Shown piece by piece: positions 1-13,806 of a DNA stretch of 64,000 bases. The translations under genes and the position numbers were made by a program. The notes under the pieces were generated by a model, which was not told where the DNA came from, searched no databases, and saw only the letters and a list, made by a program, of their open reading frames with translations. Source of the stretch: Calcarisporiella thermophila CBS 279.70 (Eukaryota > Fungi > Calcarisporiellomycota); the NCBI RefSeq assembly GCF_041956535.1, contig NW_027192191.1, forward strand, positions 1,313,443-1,377,442, in the 5' to 3' direction. Positions within the stretch are counted from its first letter, which is position 1. Each line of letters starts with the position of its first letter.

Positions 1-406
1 AAGACGGTGGAAAAGAGCCAACCGTGTGAAATGTGTTCGACATATGGCATCAGTTAATAACTAAACGAATTCCTTCGTTTTCCCTCTTAAAAACGGCAAA
101 GTTGGTATCGTTGAAAAAAAAATAAACACAGACACTATAAAATAAAAAGAAATAAATAAATTAAACTTGTATGAGAGGGGGAAAAAAATTTAACAAAATA
201 AACAGAAAAATAAATGCTTGATTGATATATATTCAAGCACGCAAAGACGAGAAAGCAAAAAGTGGAGAACAAAGAAATGTACTACTAGCTCATTCTCAGA
301 AAGAATTGATCATTCGTGACTGGCAAAATTTAGGGTCACTTTGGAAATTTCTTTCTGTTTACAGCTTTTGCGGTAGCTATTTTAACTTCACCATTTGACC
401 AAGGAA

Positions 407-1133
407 ATGTTAAAGCGCGTCCTTAAACACAGTAATCGCACTTCATACCTGGACGATCCAGATATAGAATCCTCGAGTGATGAGGAAGAAACAAATTTAA
501 ATGAGGAGACCCTGAATAGACAAAAGAAGAAAGCCAAGATTAATCTTAACAGCGATGACTCTGATGAAGAAGACGATGGAGAGGAAGTAGAGGGGGGCTC
601 AGAAGATGATTCAGATGAGCTTGAAGACTATGAAGAAGAACTTGAAGGACTGGCAGAGAATGAGGAGGAAATTGAGGGTGAAAACGAATTACCGGATTTA
701 GAGGGCAATGAGATATACACCTGCGATCTATGTCCTGGAAAGACCCTCAAAAATAGACGCATGGTTGAAGTGCACTTAGAGTCCAAGGTAAATTGCCGGG
801 AGATCGATGACTTGAGTAATCCTCTTTCAAACCTTTGCTTTTATAGGAACACAAGAAACGCGAAGAAAGGCGCCTAAAAGAAACAAAGAAAAGCTTGCTC
901 ACTCCTGAAGAAATTGCCAAGCGTAAAGCGAAAAATGATGCCAAAAAACAACGTAGAGAAGCAAAGAAAAAAGAGGTAGGCGTGGTCTATATCGCCAAGC
1001 TTGTGTTTGCTTAAGACTAACTCGACTTATTTCATATTCGCTGCAATCATCGATTCAATAGAAACTAAAACTGAAAAGAAAACAACGCGATCAACGCAAG
1101 AGAGAAAAAAAGAAGGAGCAGAATAGTCAATAG
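407..1133 (+). CDS. Acidic/basic nuclear protein with single C2H2 (U1/jaz-like) zinc finger; 3 exons
   Basis: ATG 407. D/E-rich N-terminus, CDLC...HLESK|EH finger split by intron 788-846, second intron 976-1061, K/R-rich coiled-coil tail ending TAG 1131-1133. Confidence 0.6.
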
Positions 1134-2016
1134 GGTGGATGTGAAAGCGCTTCATTGTAATTATTTTTCACCTTCATTGCATCTAGCTCTCTTTCTTTAT
1201 AAACGTGTCTATGGGTCACAATTTCTCTGCAACCTCTTTTTGCATAGCTACTGTAGAATATTTATTCGCCTTCAAGTTCCAGTAAACTACCAAATATCCC
1301 GACCAAACCGATAGAGAATTTTCCTTCATGTTTACTGTAATATTCCGCTTGCCGCGTCCAAACTAGTTACCCTAATACTTAATATTTATGGTGCTTGTGT
1401 CGTAATAAAACGCTCTACTCATATAGCGCAAATCACCAATAACATACTCTTTTTGAGTTTAAATTGTTTTTTTCACATTTAATAAACAATTCGAAGCTAA
1501 TCCAAACAAAAACAGCTGGGAAAACATCCATTTCAGAACGGTTTGAAAATCACACTCGACGCAATATTTGGAGGGTAGATCATTTCATAAACAGGGGCAA
1601 TGCAATAGCGTAGGGGAAAAGCGATTTAGCCAAGCCAAGCTAATCTACGATCGAATGCATACCCTTACAAAAGAGAGGGAAAAAGAAGACAGGAGAGCAC
1701 AGATAAAGTATAGATCAATATAACATTTGGGAACAAAAAATTTTTACATTAGAGAGAACTTTATTTTCGTTTGGTTATCGATTACTGAAAGAATTCAAAG
1801 GGTGGCCTGTGAGATAATGCATTAATTGGATCTAAAAAGTAGAATTGTGTCTCGGGACTAACGTCATTTTATTCTTTCGTTTATGTTCAACGCGCTTTGC
1901 ATTAATAACCTTCACATTCCATTGCTAAGTCCTACACTCTACTCTATTACCGTGATCAGCACTACCCACCCATCTTTTCCCCTTCGTCTTACCTTTATGT
2001 TTGGGTAGTAGGCATC

Positions 2017-5008
2017 ATGCCTCAAGATTCACTTCCTCCAACTCATGAGAGTGAAATGACTCGTCAAAGTAAGCATTCCTACATACACTGACTCCTTGAA
2101 GTGCATTCCATCAGTGCCGCACATCCCTGCTTCCATTCTTGCAAGAATAAAATGAATTGGCTGCTCGTCTTTCATACCTATCCATTTTCTAACTAATCAT
2201 GTTGGTTTGCTTTAACCTCACAGAGTTCCGCAATGCGCGCGTGCGAAGATATAATTCGTCTCGCGTCTCAGTCGTTGTTTTTAATGGTCTCCAAACCACA
2301 GACCCACAACAACGAGCAGATACTCTAGCTCAGATCGTGGAAATCACTCAATCCCTGGCTGATGAACTATATCCACAGAAGCTTGTTCATGAGATGAGAG
2401 TTGCGGTTGAATCCCCACATAGGAGTGAACAGGAAAATAGCTCGCCAACTGATCTGCCTTCGTCTCCAAGCACTCCAACCCCCCATAATTCACATGCCTA
2501 TTCCACTTCAGCTGAGTCTAAATCGAAGATTGACAACCATGCCGATGAAGAATTAGCAACGCTATCATTAGTGGCAATGAGCTTGGAAGACCAGTCCGAA
2601 AATCCTTCTGGAGGGGACCAAGAGCAGACGCCAGAGTTAGATAGTGATCGAGAGCAAACGGAAGAGACGCTTCGCTTGCTCTTGCTCAATATGCTACGAC
2701 TATCATTGCATTGTCCTTTTACCGACGTGCGTATAATCTTTAGCGATTTTTTGAAAAAACTCAAGGTATATGGCTTTTGCTATAAAAAAATAGAAATCAA
2801 CCATAGACATAGCCTCTGTTCTCTAACCTAATCTGCCCTTTACAGAGTCGTGGAGTACCAGTTCCTACGCCAGCATTTCATTCGCCCTCATTCTTTATAT
2901 CTCCTCGTGATCTCATCTCACTTGAGTCCTCCTCTTCTGTCGAGCATATTACCTACCCGATGCCCGGTTCTCTCGCTTCCTCAGCATATGGCTCCTCCTT
3001 TGGTGAAGTTGAGCATGAGACAGAGGAAGAGGAGATAGAGGCTCCGACGGAGGATGAGGATTCTCGCTCAGCGTCTGGACGTAAACCAGATGAATATGTG
3101 CATAATATGATGGTTGAAACCTTTGTTGCATACGGACGCATCAGTCACATCATTCGTGTTCTTTCATTCTTCCCGTCCTACCTAGAAAAATTCCTCGCAT
3201 CTTATAATTCAATTATAAGGTTATCGCATGGGCCAATCGACCGTGCATTGAGATCTTATCTTGCCATTTTGGTATATATACCCTTTATCCTTCTAAACAA
3301 ATATTATCTTATTTCTCCTTTACTTTTTTTCTGAATCAAAGGCCGCCGCGCAGCATAGCTGTCAATACCTTGTCTCATATCAGAGTACTGAATTTCTTCT
3401 CAACGGGGGCGATCCTGAGTGGCTTGATGGACTAGAATACGCTCCGCCCAAGGTTCGTAAGCTTGCCCTCCTCAACTCAATAATGGCACATCAACCGTGG
3501 CGCCTTCAGCCTAAGCACTTTGGACAATTGTTACGAGGAAGCGACTTTAAAGAAAATTGGTCAATGCGGGAACTAGTGCATGTAATTGCGATTTTTGCCA
3601 CCTTCCACAGCTTGTCAAGCTTTGTGCTCGGATGCGGGGTAGTACCTGAGATCGACACGACAGGTGGGGCATTGATGCCCAGTGGAGAGCAAGGGCAACC
3701 AGCCTTGAATGTGAGAGACCTGGATAATGAAGAACATGGAGAACAAATGCATGCATCCTGGATATCGACTCAAGTGCCACAAGAATCTGGAGTGCATATG
3801 CCTGTCTCACCAAGCGAAAGCGTCTCGGGCGGAGAAAGTGTTTCCTCTTATTCGGCAAGCCCCCATGTCCAATCGTTCTTAAGCGCAAGACAGATGTCCT
3901 CGTTATCTGATCCGGTGGGATATGCATTCACATCTAGTGCTCCGGCACCTCCCTTGATTGCACGCGAGGACGATGATCCTACGGTGGTCAAACACACGTC
4001 CCAGCTGATATCTCGTTTAAAGAAACGACGAGAAGAGGTGCAGTCCGACTTCCCAGAAGAAGAAACCGCCGAAAATAAATCACCCAAGCAACAGCCAACT
4101 CTCGTATTCGAAAAGATTGACGAGACTGATGAAAGTAATATAAATCCATTAACATCTACACCCTCTTTGGAATGCTCATTTTTGGCTTAACTAGATTTCA
4201 CAAATTCCCCAGTAGATGAGAGTTCTCACGTTGGCCGCCCGATCCCTCAGCCCAAGTCCAGCCACCGCTCAGGTCAGAGCACATCGTCCACAATAGCCGC
4301 AGGTAGCCTCTCTATCTCTCCAGCATCTAGTTCCTCCTCGATGCTCCTCAACAATTCTCTTGGGTGGACCAACCCAGTCCTCGAAGATATGCGCCGCTTC
4401 CAGGACCCAGAACACGAGGTTGGGCCAGCTGAATTTGATCAACGAAGGGAAAAACCGTTCCACCTACAAGATTATTCCTGGGAAGACCATGCCTGTGAAG
4501 TAATTAATCAATATGTTCCCGAAATGGGTGATGTACTCAACGAAGAGTTCATGGAGGCTTTGGCAATGACAGATTATAGGTATATTTTTTGATCTACCTT
4601 TTTTATTGAAATATATTACTCACAATGGTAATCTCCCTCCCTCCCTCCCCCCCTCCCCCCCTTAATTGTAGCCTTTTCCACTCCACTACTCACAATTCAA
4701 AAATCGACACTCAACCGCTACGCAATGCTATCTGGTACTTTTCTCTTCGCCTGCAAGGCATTTACGCCGAAGATTACGATTATGGTGAAATCAACCGATA
4801 TATGAATCGTCGTATGAAGCAGTATATAAAGAAAGTTTGTTGTCATCCCGTCTCGATCGAACATGCGGATTGGCGTAATATCGGATTCCAGCTACGGCCA
4901 GAGGAAAAATGCCATGTAAATGTATTAGCGGTTGAAGCAAGAAAACACGCAGAACTATTATATACTACTTGGAACTTGCAAAAGTGGACTTCAGGAGAGG
5001 AAGGGTAA
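2017..5008 (+). CDS. SESN: Sestrin (PA26 family); ~6 exons
   Basis: Spliced product contains sestrin motifs AAAQHSCQYL..EFLLNGGDPEWL, MAHQPW, FHSLSSFVLGCG, DYSWEDH, LRNAIW..EDYDYGEIN, EEKCHVNVLAVEARKHAELLY. Confidence 0.92.
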
Positions 5009-5319
5009 ACTATGTATGCTGAACATTTTTACCATTTTTTACTAATGGGTTTTACGGCCAAAAAAAAATTTTTTTTCTTATATATATTTATCTTGTGATG
5101 TATTTTAACAAGGTTTCTTTCCTCCCCCGCTATTAGTTTTTACTTCTTTTCTATTTCTCTTGTACATTCTCTCTACTACTCTGCGCTCTCCTATTTTTAT
5201 CGATTTTATTCCAATAAGTCAAATTCGTGACGTCAAATTACTCAATATAATTTTTGCTATTACTTGAGCACCTCGATCACTTTGATCCAAAATCATTGAA
5301 GCAAAAAAGCGAAAACTTG

Positions 5320-6976
5320 ATGGATTACGAGGATCGCAACATTAATGTATATAAAAATTCAAGATTACTTATATCATATTGAATTTTTATTAACTATTTC
5401 GTTTTTCAATGTTTCCATTGTAGAAAGCGCTAGAGAAGGATCTCTTTGGTGGAGACTCTGAATCCGAACTTTCAGATCTTGGGGAGGTCGATGCAGGATA
5501 TAGTAGTGATGGTATGCTTTATCTCCAGATAAAACCTAATCAATATTAATCATGCTGAAATAATCCTCTTGTATCCTCTGCAATTATATAGAGGCGCCTC
5601 AGCACGTCAAATCTTCTGCCTCACGTCGATCGCCTCCACCGGGGACTACCTATGAGGATGAGTATATGGAAGAATCTGAGGCAAAGCGACCCACGAGTGG
5701 AGAGCGTAAGAAAAAGAAAAAGTATTTATAAACAAGTATATACTTTCGATGAGATATGAATGTTAAACTTTATGTTATAGATCAAGGCATGCTGAAACTA
5801 TTGATGAAAACGAATTGGCCGATGACGATCCAATGAAAGGTATTTTAGCTACAGTTTGATGTGAGATATTTTAGAAGTTCTCATATTTGCTCTATGGTTT
5901 CTAGCTAAGTTACGGCAGCTGGATCGTGATTTTAAAAAAGCACTTTCTACTGGGCGCTCCCGTCGCAGAAAACACGGTGATTACGATTTAGAGGAAGGGG
6001 CAGATGAAATTGTGGATCAGCTTCGTAACGAAATGAAGGACGCGGTACAAAAGGATCAACAGCTGAATGCAGATCGAAAGCCAGCTATAACAAAAATTGT
6101 GATGCTACCTCATGTTCTGGAGCAACTTCGAAAGTATGCCCATAGCTCATGCTTATTTAAACATAATTAGTGTCTAATTTTTTTTATTTTTTAGGACACA
6201 TTTACATGAATATGTGTTGGATAACAATCTGCTTGAAGCGGTGCGTATGTGGCTCGAACCTCTTCCTGATCGCTCTCTTCCATCATTGGATATTCAAATG
6301 GAGCTATTGAAAGCATTGGACACGGTAATTATTTTTGCTCTCTATGTGCGATTTGGGAATATTATGATGACACTTTGTTTAAACCATGCAATAGCTTCCT
6401 ATCAGAACTGAGCACCTCAAAGAAAGTCGCCTTGGCCGCATTGTCATGTTTTATGCTAAAGTAAAACGTGTGGATTATCGAGTGCAACGCTTAGCCCAGA
6501 ATCTTGTCTGTAAGTTGGCGACCATACTCAAATATTTATATGTTTATTAAATAGATATTTAACCTTCTATCATCTTAAAGATAAATGGTCTCGGCCAATC
6601 ATCAACAAGAGCGCTAATTACAAGGACAAGCAGTTTAGGCAAGTCGATTTTGATCCAGTTGCTGCACAATACACAAGAAAACCGGTGATTCGCGAACCTG
6701 AAGAACCTGAAGATGTACATCGTGTTCGTGCCCGTATTCCTCTACCTGATAGATTTGGGTTTGATATTGTGCCTCGCTCAACTTTGCATGTTGACCAGAG
6801 AAAGGTAATAGACCTCATTGAGATGTAGTAGCTTTCAATGCATTAATCTATATATTCATCAATTTGTTTATTAGTCGAAAGAGGATCCATACAAAAATCT
6901 TAAATCCCATATGTCACGTCTTCGTGCAAGCCAACGGAAGGGATATACAGCATCGAAGAAGTCTAGCAATTACTAA
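5320..6976 (+). CDS. IWS1: Transcription elongation factor IWS1/Spn1; multi-exon
   Basis: [42 protein letters not shown] and KWSRPII motifs; acidic N-terminus. Stop TAA 6974-6976. Confidence 0.9.
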
Positions 6977-7383
6977 TCCATCATCCTGACTTTTTTATTT
7001 TTGTAGAGTGCACATGTAATATTCTTTTTTCATAATTTTTTTTATCTCGTTTCTCAATTCCTCAAGTGATTCTGACCGTCTGCGTAGCCTAAAAATAAAG
7101 AAGATATTTTCAAGGGCCAGCAAAAGGCGAAATCTTAATGAAACAGATGTAACTACTAGCTGCCATAGCACTTGTTTAATGGGGCAGCCAGAATCTCTGA
7201 GATGTTGTAGATATTATTGCCATTTGTATTATCTCCACTTTATAACAATAGCTGACCTGGATACAATTCCTCGATCGAACAAACGATGAATTTTAATTCA
7301 TGGCGCAGATAAGCAATATTAATTATTAACACGAGATTATAATCTCTCGGAGATCGAATTTATATGTTAAAATGCTTCAAGAT

Positions 7384-7391
7384 CAGTCACA
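7384..7391 (+). promoter_or_regulatory. HomolD-like box CAGTCACA upstream of ACO2
   Basis: Exact CAGTCACA ~124 bp before the ATG; recurs at other promoters. Confidence 0.45.
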
Positions 7392-7514
7392 AAACTGATA
7401 ATCGATATCTCTATCACCCCTTTTAATACTTGTTTCAAGACAATCATAACTTTTAATTTCTTACTTTCTTCTTCTCAATCTAATTTCCATTTTTACTCTA
7501 AAAGGCACAATCTA

Positions 7515-10292
7515 ATGTCCACTTATCGGTTATCACATTTGAGACTAGTAGATAAAAGAGCATGGTATCATGCCAAAAAAAATCATGCCTCATTCTTGCT
7601 CGGAACCAGAAGACCTTTTGCGACAGTGAGCTCCACAAATGAACGGGAATTGCAAAAAGATTGCTCTCAGGTAACCCCGCCTTATCCACGTCTTCTCGAA
7701 AATCTCCGAAAGGTGCGCCGCAAACTCGAGAGTCGTCCGTTAACTCTCTCCGAAAAAATCCTCTATTCACACATGACACACCCAGAAGAAGCAGTACCAG
7801 TACGAGGAGAAACATACTTGAAGCTATCGCCAGGTAATGCGGTCCACTCTGTTTATTACGTATATCTGACAACAAAATATATCCCGCATTCGTAAATAAA
7901 ACCTTTAACAATATGTATTCCCTTGATACTGTACATATTTAGATAGAGTTGCTATGCAGGACGCATCTTCCCAAATGGCGCTCCTCCAGTTTATGTTAAC
8001 CGGAATGTCGACTACAGCAGTGCCAACCTCAATTCATTGTGATCACTTAATTGCTGCTCATAAAGGAGCTGAAAAGGATGTGCGCGAATCTCTGACGATC
8101 AACCAGGAAATATTTGACTTCTTGGAGAGCGCTGCGCGAAAGTATGGGATTGCATTTTGGCGACCAGGAAGTGGGATTATCCATCAAAATGTTCTAGAAA
8201 ACTATGCAGCACCTGGAGGATTGATGCTTGGAACAGGTAACAAATATTTTCTTATACACGAGAATATTATTGATCAACACTTCATATTTCCACCTCGATT
8301 TTATAGATTCACACACACCCAACGCGGGTGGCCTTGGGATGCTTGCAATTGGTGTGGGTGGTGCCGACGCAGTTGATGCTATGGCCGCCATCCCTTGGGA
8401 ACTTAAGGCGCCAAATGTGATCGGGATAAAACTGACCGGACATCTGAATGGATGGACTAGCCCAAAGGATGTGATCCTCCACGTTGCCGGTCAGTTGACA
8501 GTTCGTGGTGGCACTGGTCATATAATAGAGTATTTTGGCAGTGGTGTTGAGACTTTATCTTGTACGGGAATGGCCACCATTTGTAATATGGGAGCTGAGG
8601 TCGGAGCTACCACGTCTGTATTTCCTTACACTAAAGCAATGTCACGGTATCTCCGCGCCACTGGTCGCGAGCCTGTAGATCAAGAAGCAGCGCGCGTAGC
8701 TCCAGAATATCTAAGCGCTGATGTAGGCGCTGAGTACGACCAAGTCATTGAGATTAATTTATCAGAACTGGAACCCCACATTAATGGGCCCTTCACACCA
8801 GATCTTGCTACACCGCTAAGTAAATTCAAAGTGTTGGTGCAGGAAAATGGTTGGAAGGATGAAGTCACAGCCGGACTCATTGGAAGCTGCACAAATAGTA
8901 GTTACCAAGACATGTAAGGCATATGTGATAAACATGGAAAACTTTTGAAAAAAATATTTATAATTGAACCCACTATCATTTAGGTCTCGAGCTGCCTCTT
9001 TAGTAGAACAGGCTGCGGAAGCTGGAATTTCTGCGGCAGCCAAATTTTATGTTACGCCTGGCTCTGAACAGATTCGAGCAACTATTGAGCGTGATGGGCA
9101 GACGAAGGTTTTTGAACAGATTGGCGCGAAGATTTTAGCGAATGCCTGTGGGCCATGTATTGGACAGGTACGTGATATTTACATTCTTCCTTTACAAAAA
9201 ATGTAATAATTGCTCGTTCTTTAGTGGAAGCGTGAGGAATACAAGGATGAGGAAAACGCAATATTGACATCCTTCAATCGTAACTTCCGTTCTCGAAATG
9301 ATGGCAATCCAAATACCATGAATTTCCTTGCCTCTCCTGAAATAGTTACTGCAATGACTTTTGCCGGACGCTTGTCATTCAATCCTATGACTGATTCTTT
9401 GAAAGCGCCCTCAGGAGAAGAATTCCGCTTCATGCCTCCAGCTGGGAAAGAGCTCCCGGCTCAAGGTTTTGAGGAGGGAATTAAAATATTTCGGCCACCT
9501 CCTAATAACACTCAACCAGATCCAAATGTAGAAATTAAAATAGAACCTGAATCTAACCGGCTGCAGTTACTCGAACCATTCCAGCCCTGGCATGGCGGCG
9601 AGTTTACAGGCGTTAAAGTATTGATAAAAGTCAAGGGAAAGTGCACAACAGATCACATTAGTGCTGCGGGACCTTGGTTAAAGTACAAGGGACATCTGGA
9701 AAATATCGCGAATAATACGTTGATTGGAGCGATGAACGCGGATACTGGCCGGATTAATGAGGTAACTAGCGTAGTATCAGGGAGAACCAGCACTATCCCA
9801 GATGTGGCAAAAGAATATAAGCAGAGCAACATCCCTTGGATGGTGATCGCAGATGTAAGCTACTCTCTGTTTTATTTCAATGTTTGCCGATGGCTTAATT
9901 GACCCTTGCTATTCTAGCACAATTACGGCGAAGGTTCTGCGCGTGAGCACGCTGCTCTTCAACCACGTTTTCTCAACTGCCCTCTAATACTTGCCAAATC
10001 ATTCGCGCGCATACATGAAACTAATCTGAAGAAACAGGGAATACTTCCTTTAACATTCGTTGATGAATCGGATTATGACCTACTGTCAGGAGGAGATACG
10101 CTGTCCACAAAAGGGGTGCAAAATTTGAAACCCGGCTCGGAAGTTATCTTATTGTTCGAAAAGGAAAATGGCGGTATCATCACAATAAGAGCACGGCATA
10201 CGATGAGTGCTGATCAGATTGAGTGGTGGAAAGCTGGAAGTGCATTGAATCTAATCCGTAAACAGCTTAAACACTCCGCTTCATCTTTATAA
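7515..10292 (+). CDS. ACO2: Mitochondrial aconitase family, ACO2-type (homocitrate dehydratase)
   Basis: Mitochondrial presequence; [71 protein letters not shown] and KYKGHL are ACO2-like; ACO1 has CQDAT and KYRGHL. Confidence 0.85.
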
Positions 10293-10769
10293 AAGATTAG
10301 ATTGCAGTTAAAATAATAAATTATAGAATAGACCCGCTTTTCTCGAACAACAATTCTGCTCTCGAGATTTGATTTAGAGAGTTGTAAAATATGGAAATCT
10401 CTACACTAACCAAAATTGGACATCAAGTATAACGGCAGATTTAGTAAATCTGCTAGAAGTAGAAAGCTTACTATCCTGACCGGAAATAATACCAGGTCGT
10501 GTATATTTTACCTTTAACTGTAGTTCGAACTATAAATGGTGCTGATATTACAAGATATAGATGGCTTTCAATAGTCAATACAAATATCATTAGTTGTTTT
10601 ATTTTTGCAGCTCGAGCAGTATATAAAATCCAAATAAAACAGGAAATATCCTACTGGGAGATCATGACTGGGCTTCAATTAAGGATGATAAATTATAGAT
10701 ATTGAAATTGTGAAAAAAAAAATTGCTGCATAAAAATGTAGAATGCCATAATATTCAAGCTATCAAATA

Positions 10770-13296
10770 CTATAGTATTCTAATCCCATATTGACGTCTT
10801 CCTTCCTCCTCTCTTTCTACATTTTCCCCCATACCAGCCCCATATCCTTCCACTTTGATAGGCCGCTTATCTTCTTTTGGTAGCGCGAACCAAACGACCT
10901 CATAGGGAGGCCGGTAATTATTTTCCTCAAGCCGAATACTTACCTGCACATCCTCTTCTGAGCTGATCATTTCGATTTTTAAAGTCATACGCTCCCCTTG
11001 TTCATATCGCATTGTTTCCCCGTCGTCTTCCGTCAAAGTGTATTCGAATTGCCTCTTTGTCCTACTGGGGAATATATAGATCACACGTTCGGTATCAAAC
11101 TTGCGGGAGATGTAGGGCATAACCGGGCCAGTGGGAATTATTCCTCCTTCCAAAACTAATATCGGAGGCAAATCCATTAATGGAGCCTTGAGAGTAATGG
11201 TATGTCCAGATTCGTAATGCAATCCAGTTCTAAAGTCGAACCATCCAAGCCCATCTTTTCCTTTAGGTAAATAAACATCTCGTGTTTCTACGCCTTTATC
11301 CAAAACCGAAGGCACTAAAACAGCCCTTCCAATCATAAAATCGAAGCTGTTATCCCAGGTGTTCTCGTCCTCTTGAAAGTGATAAAATGTAGGGCGCAAA
11401 ACTGGTTCTCCGCGTTCGAAGTGCTCGCGATGAACCTCGTAAAGATAGGGTATAAATCGATATCGGAGCTCGAGACACATACGAACTACTGGAACGATTT
11501 CAGGGTGTGTCCACGGTTCTGTTATCGTTCCATCGGAATTCCATGAATGTATACAAAAGCGAGGATGAAGCACCCCATTTTGGACCCATCTAATGAAAAG
11601 CTCTGGTTCAGGCCGGGGGCCAGCAAAACCTCCCACATCATGCCCATATCCACCAGGCATCACTGACAGAGCTGCACCTAACCCCATGGGCAGATTATAC
11701 CGAAGTGAAGTCCAGTTTGTATAATTATCACCCGACCATGTCTGACATGCGAAACGATATATGAAGGGAGTTGCAGAGCGTGTGATAAGGAAGGGTCGGC
11801 GGTTAGGGAAATGCAGCTTTAATGCCTCATATGATGCTCTGGCCATCATTAAGGTCTGAAGCGATGGGCCTGCAATCCTCGCTTCTGCTCGCTCATTAGG
11901 AACTGGACAATAAAGCATAGAGGAAACTTTCTCCAAATTTTCCATGGCGAAAGTATGCCCATCATCTTGCATAGTGTATTCATTATTATCGTTCCATAAA
12001 CCTTCCACACCAACTTCAAGCAACTGTTCACGACATTGTTGCACCCACCAGTTGTATCCCCTGTGGGAAGTAAAATCTATGTAGGACGCCTTGCCACTCT
12101 CACCTCTTCCAGCCCTCCACTGCAGTACGATGCCAGGTCCAGTCCCATCACGAACGAAGCCACCACGATGAGCTAGCTCTTCATAGCTTGGATGCCGCGT
12201 CATCAAATAAGGCTTAATGTTAGCAAAAACACGCACGCCTTGCTCTTTGAGTGATCGAAAGAGGCCACTCGGGTCCGGGAATCTCTGCTTGTTCCAAGTA
12301 AAAACACAACGATCTCCTGTGGTGGAGTTAACTGTGTAACCCGACGAGAGATGCATCCCATCACAAGGTATTCCGTGTGCACGACATTGGGCCGGAAACT
12401 GAGCAAGAAGCTCTTGGGCGTTTTCTGCTTCAGCATAGCCCATGGAAGATGCTAGATATCCAAGCGCAAATCGTGGAATGAGTTCGTGGGGAGTTCCTTG
12501 AAGATAAGCGTATTGGAGCACCACATCGCGTATGGTAGGGCCGTAAATGAAAAAATAGTCAAGTGGACCAGCTTCTATTTGAACGTAGCGATATGGGCCT
12601 AACATCTAGAAGTATAAAAAAAATGAACACAAATTCGTCCTCCACGTGTACTAGAGCATATGTTACAGCATCTAACTCCTGGCCGAGGTCAACACACGTT
12701 TCTGCAAATGTATTGTAAAACATTCCGTAGGCAATGCTGCCATTACCTCCATCAGGAACCAATGTAATGTAAAATGGGCAAAACTTGTAGAGTGGATCAG
12801 TACTTTGTGCATTGTATCCCATAGCGTCCACACCTTGTAATCTGAATCTTCTACCGTGCAAATTAATGTCACCAGTTCGCTCACCTAGGCCATAGTATCG
12901 ATCCTCTGCAGAGCGTTTCAAATAGTGATAAACACAGCCAGAGCCTCTATCAAAAGAATAAGCTCTATCGGGTAAGTCTTCAGCTATTATTGCGTCTTTG
13001 GTGTACCATGAAAGGCTCATGTTCTCGCCACAAGATATGCGTGATACTAGCGCGTCAGTTTTAATTTCAACAAAAGTAGATTCGACACGAATTTCTGCGC
13101 GCGGTTCCATGTCAAAGGTTGTATGATTTGCGTGCACGTGCGTAAGTGAGGAATGCGTTGTTGTCGGTACGAATCTCACACGGAACACATGCGGAGAGAG
13201 GGCTTCAATCGTCATATCATGACCATCTGGATTCTGAAGTGTAACGCGTGGTTCTGTACTGACTAACTTATAATTTTTAGGCGTCGTTTGTCGCAT
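10770..13296 (-). CDS. Glycoside hydrolase family 31 (Aec37-like alpha-glycosidase), one intron 12606-12666
   Basis: YGLGE, DPLYK, HLSSGYT..VFTWN..FPDP..ANIKP, nucleophile WNDNNE, acid/base WSGDN, GHDVGGF, HPRFCIHSW; no signal peptide. Confidence 0.9.
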
Positions 13297-13806
13297 TCTT
13301 GGCTGGTACTATTATTCTAAATGTGCTTTTTTTTTCGCGGGGAACAAAAATACTTTTTCAAACAGACATAATAAACGACTTCGGTTTATTTCCAATTTCA
13401 CCTCCCGAAATATATGCTCACTAAGTCGAAACCTAACTATATTAGTAAAATATTACTCTTATTCTATAATCAATTCACATCTATTAATTTATCTGTTGAA
13501 ATTATATGATCCCCTAGGCGCAAAAGAGACTTTTGAATAGGTAGCCCGGAATCCAATTATTAGCATTTTTTAGAAAGAACTGCAAATGCCCCCATATTTT
13601 TTTACATATAATGCTGGGGAAGATGCTTCATTGTAAATACTCCAACCCCTTGAATATTGATCTTGGTGTGTGCACGAATTCAGGAGTTTAATTGGTAGCT
13701 ATATAACGGAGAGCTGTTTTTTAAAAGTCGAATAAAATAAAAGGATATGCCTAGAGATATTATCAATTTTTTTCCAACAAATAATTTTGTTAAACAATAA
13801 GTCCAG

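Noticed and set aside
7300-7420. GATA sites upstream of ACO2 as iron regulation, and an Fe-S cluster theme with LYS4/MMS19
   Set aside because: GATAA words are common in AT-rich DNA, and MMS19 acts in a different compartment.
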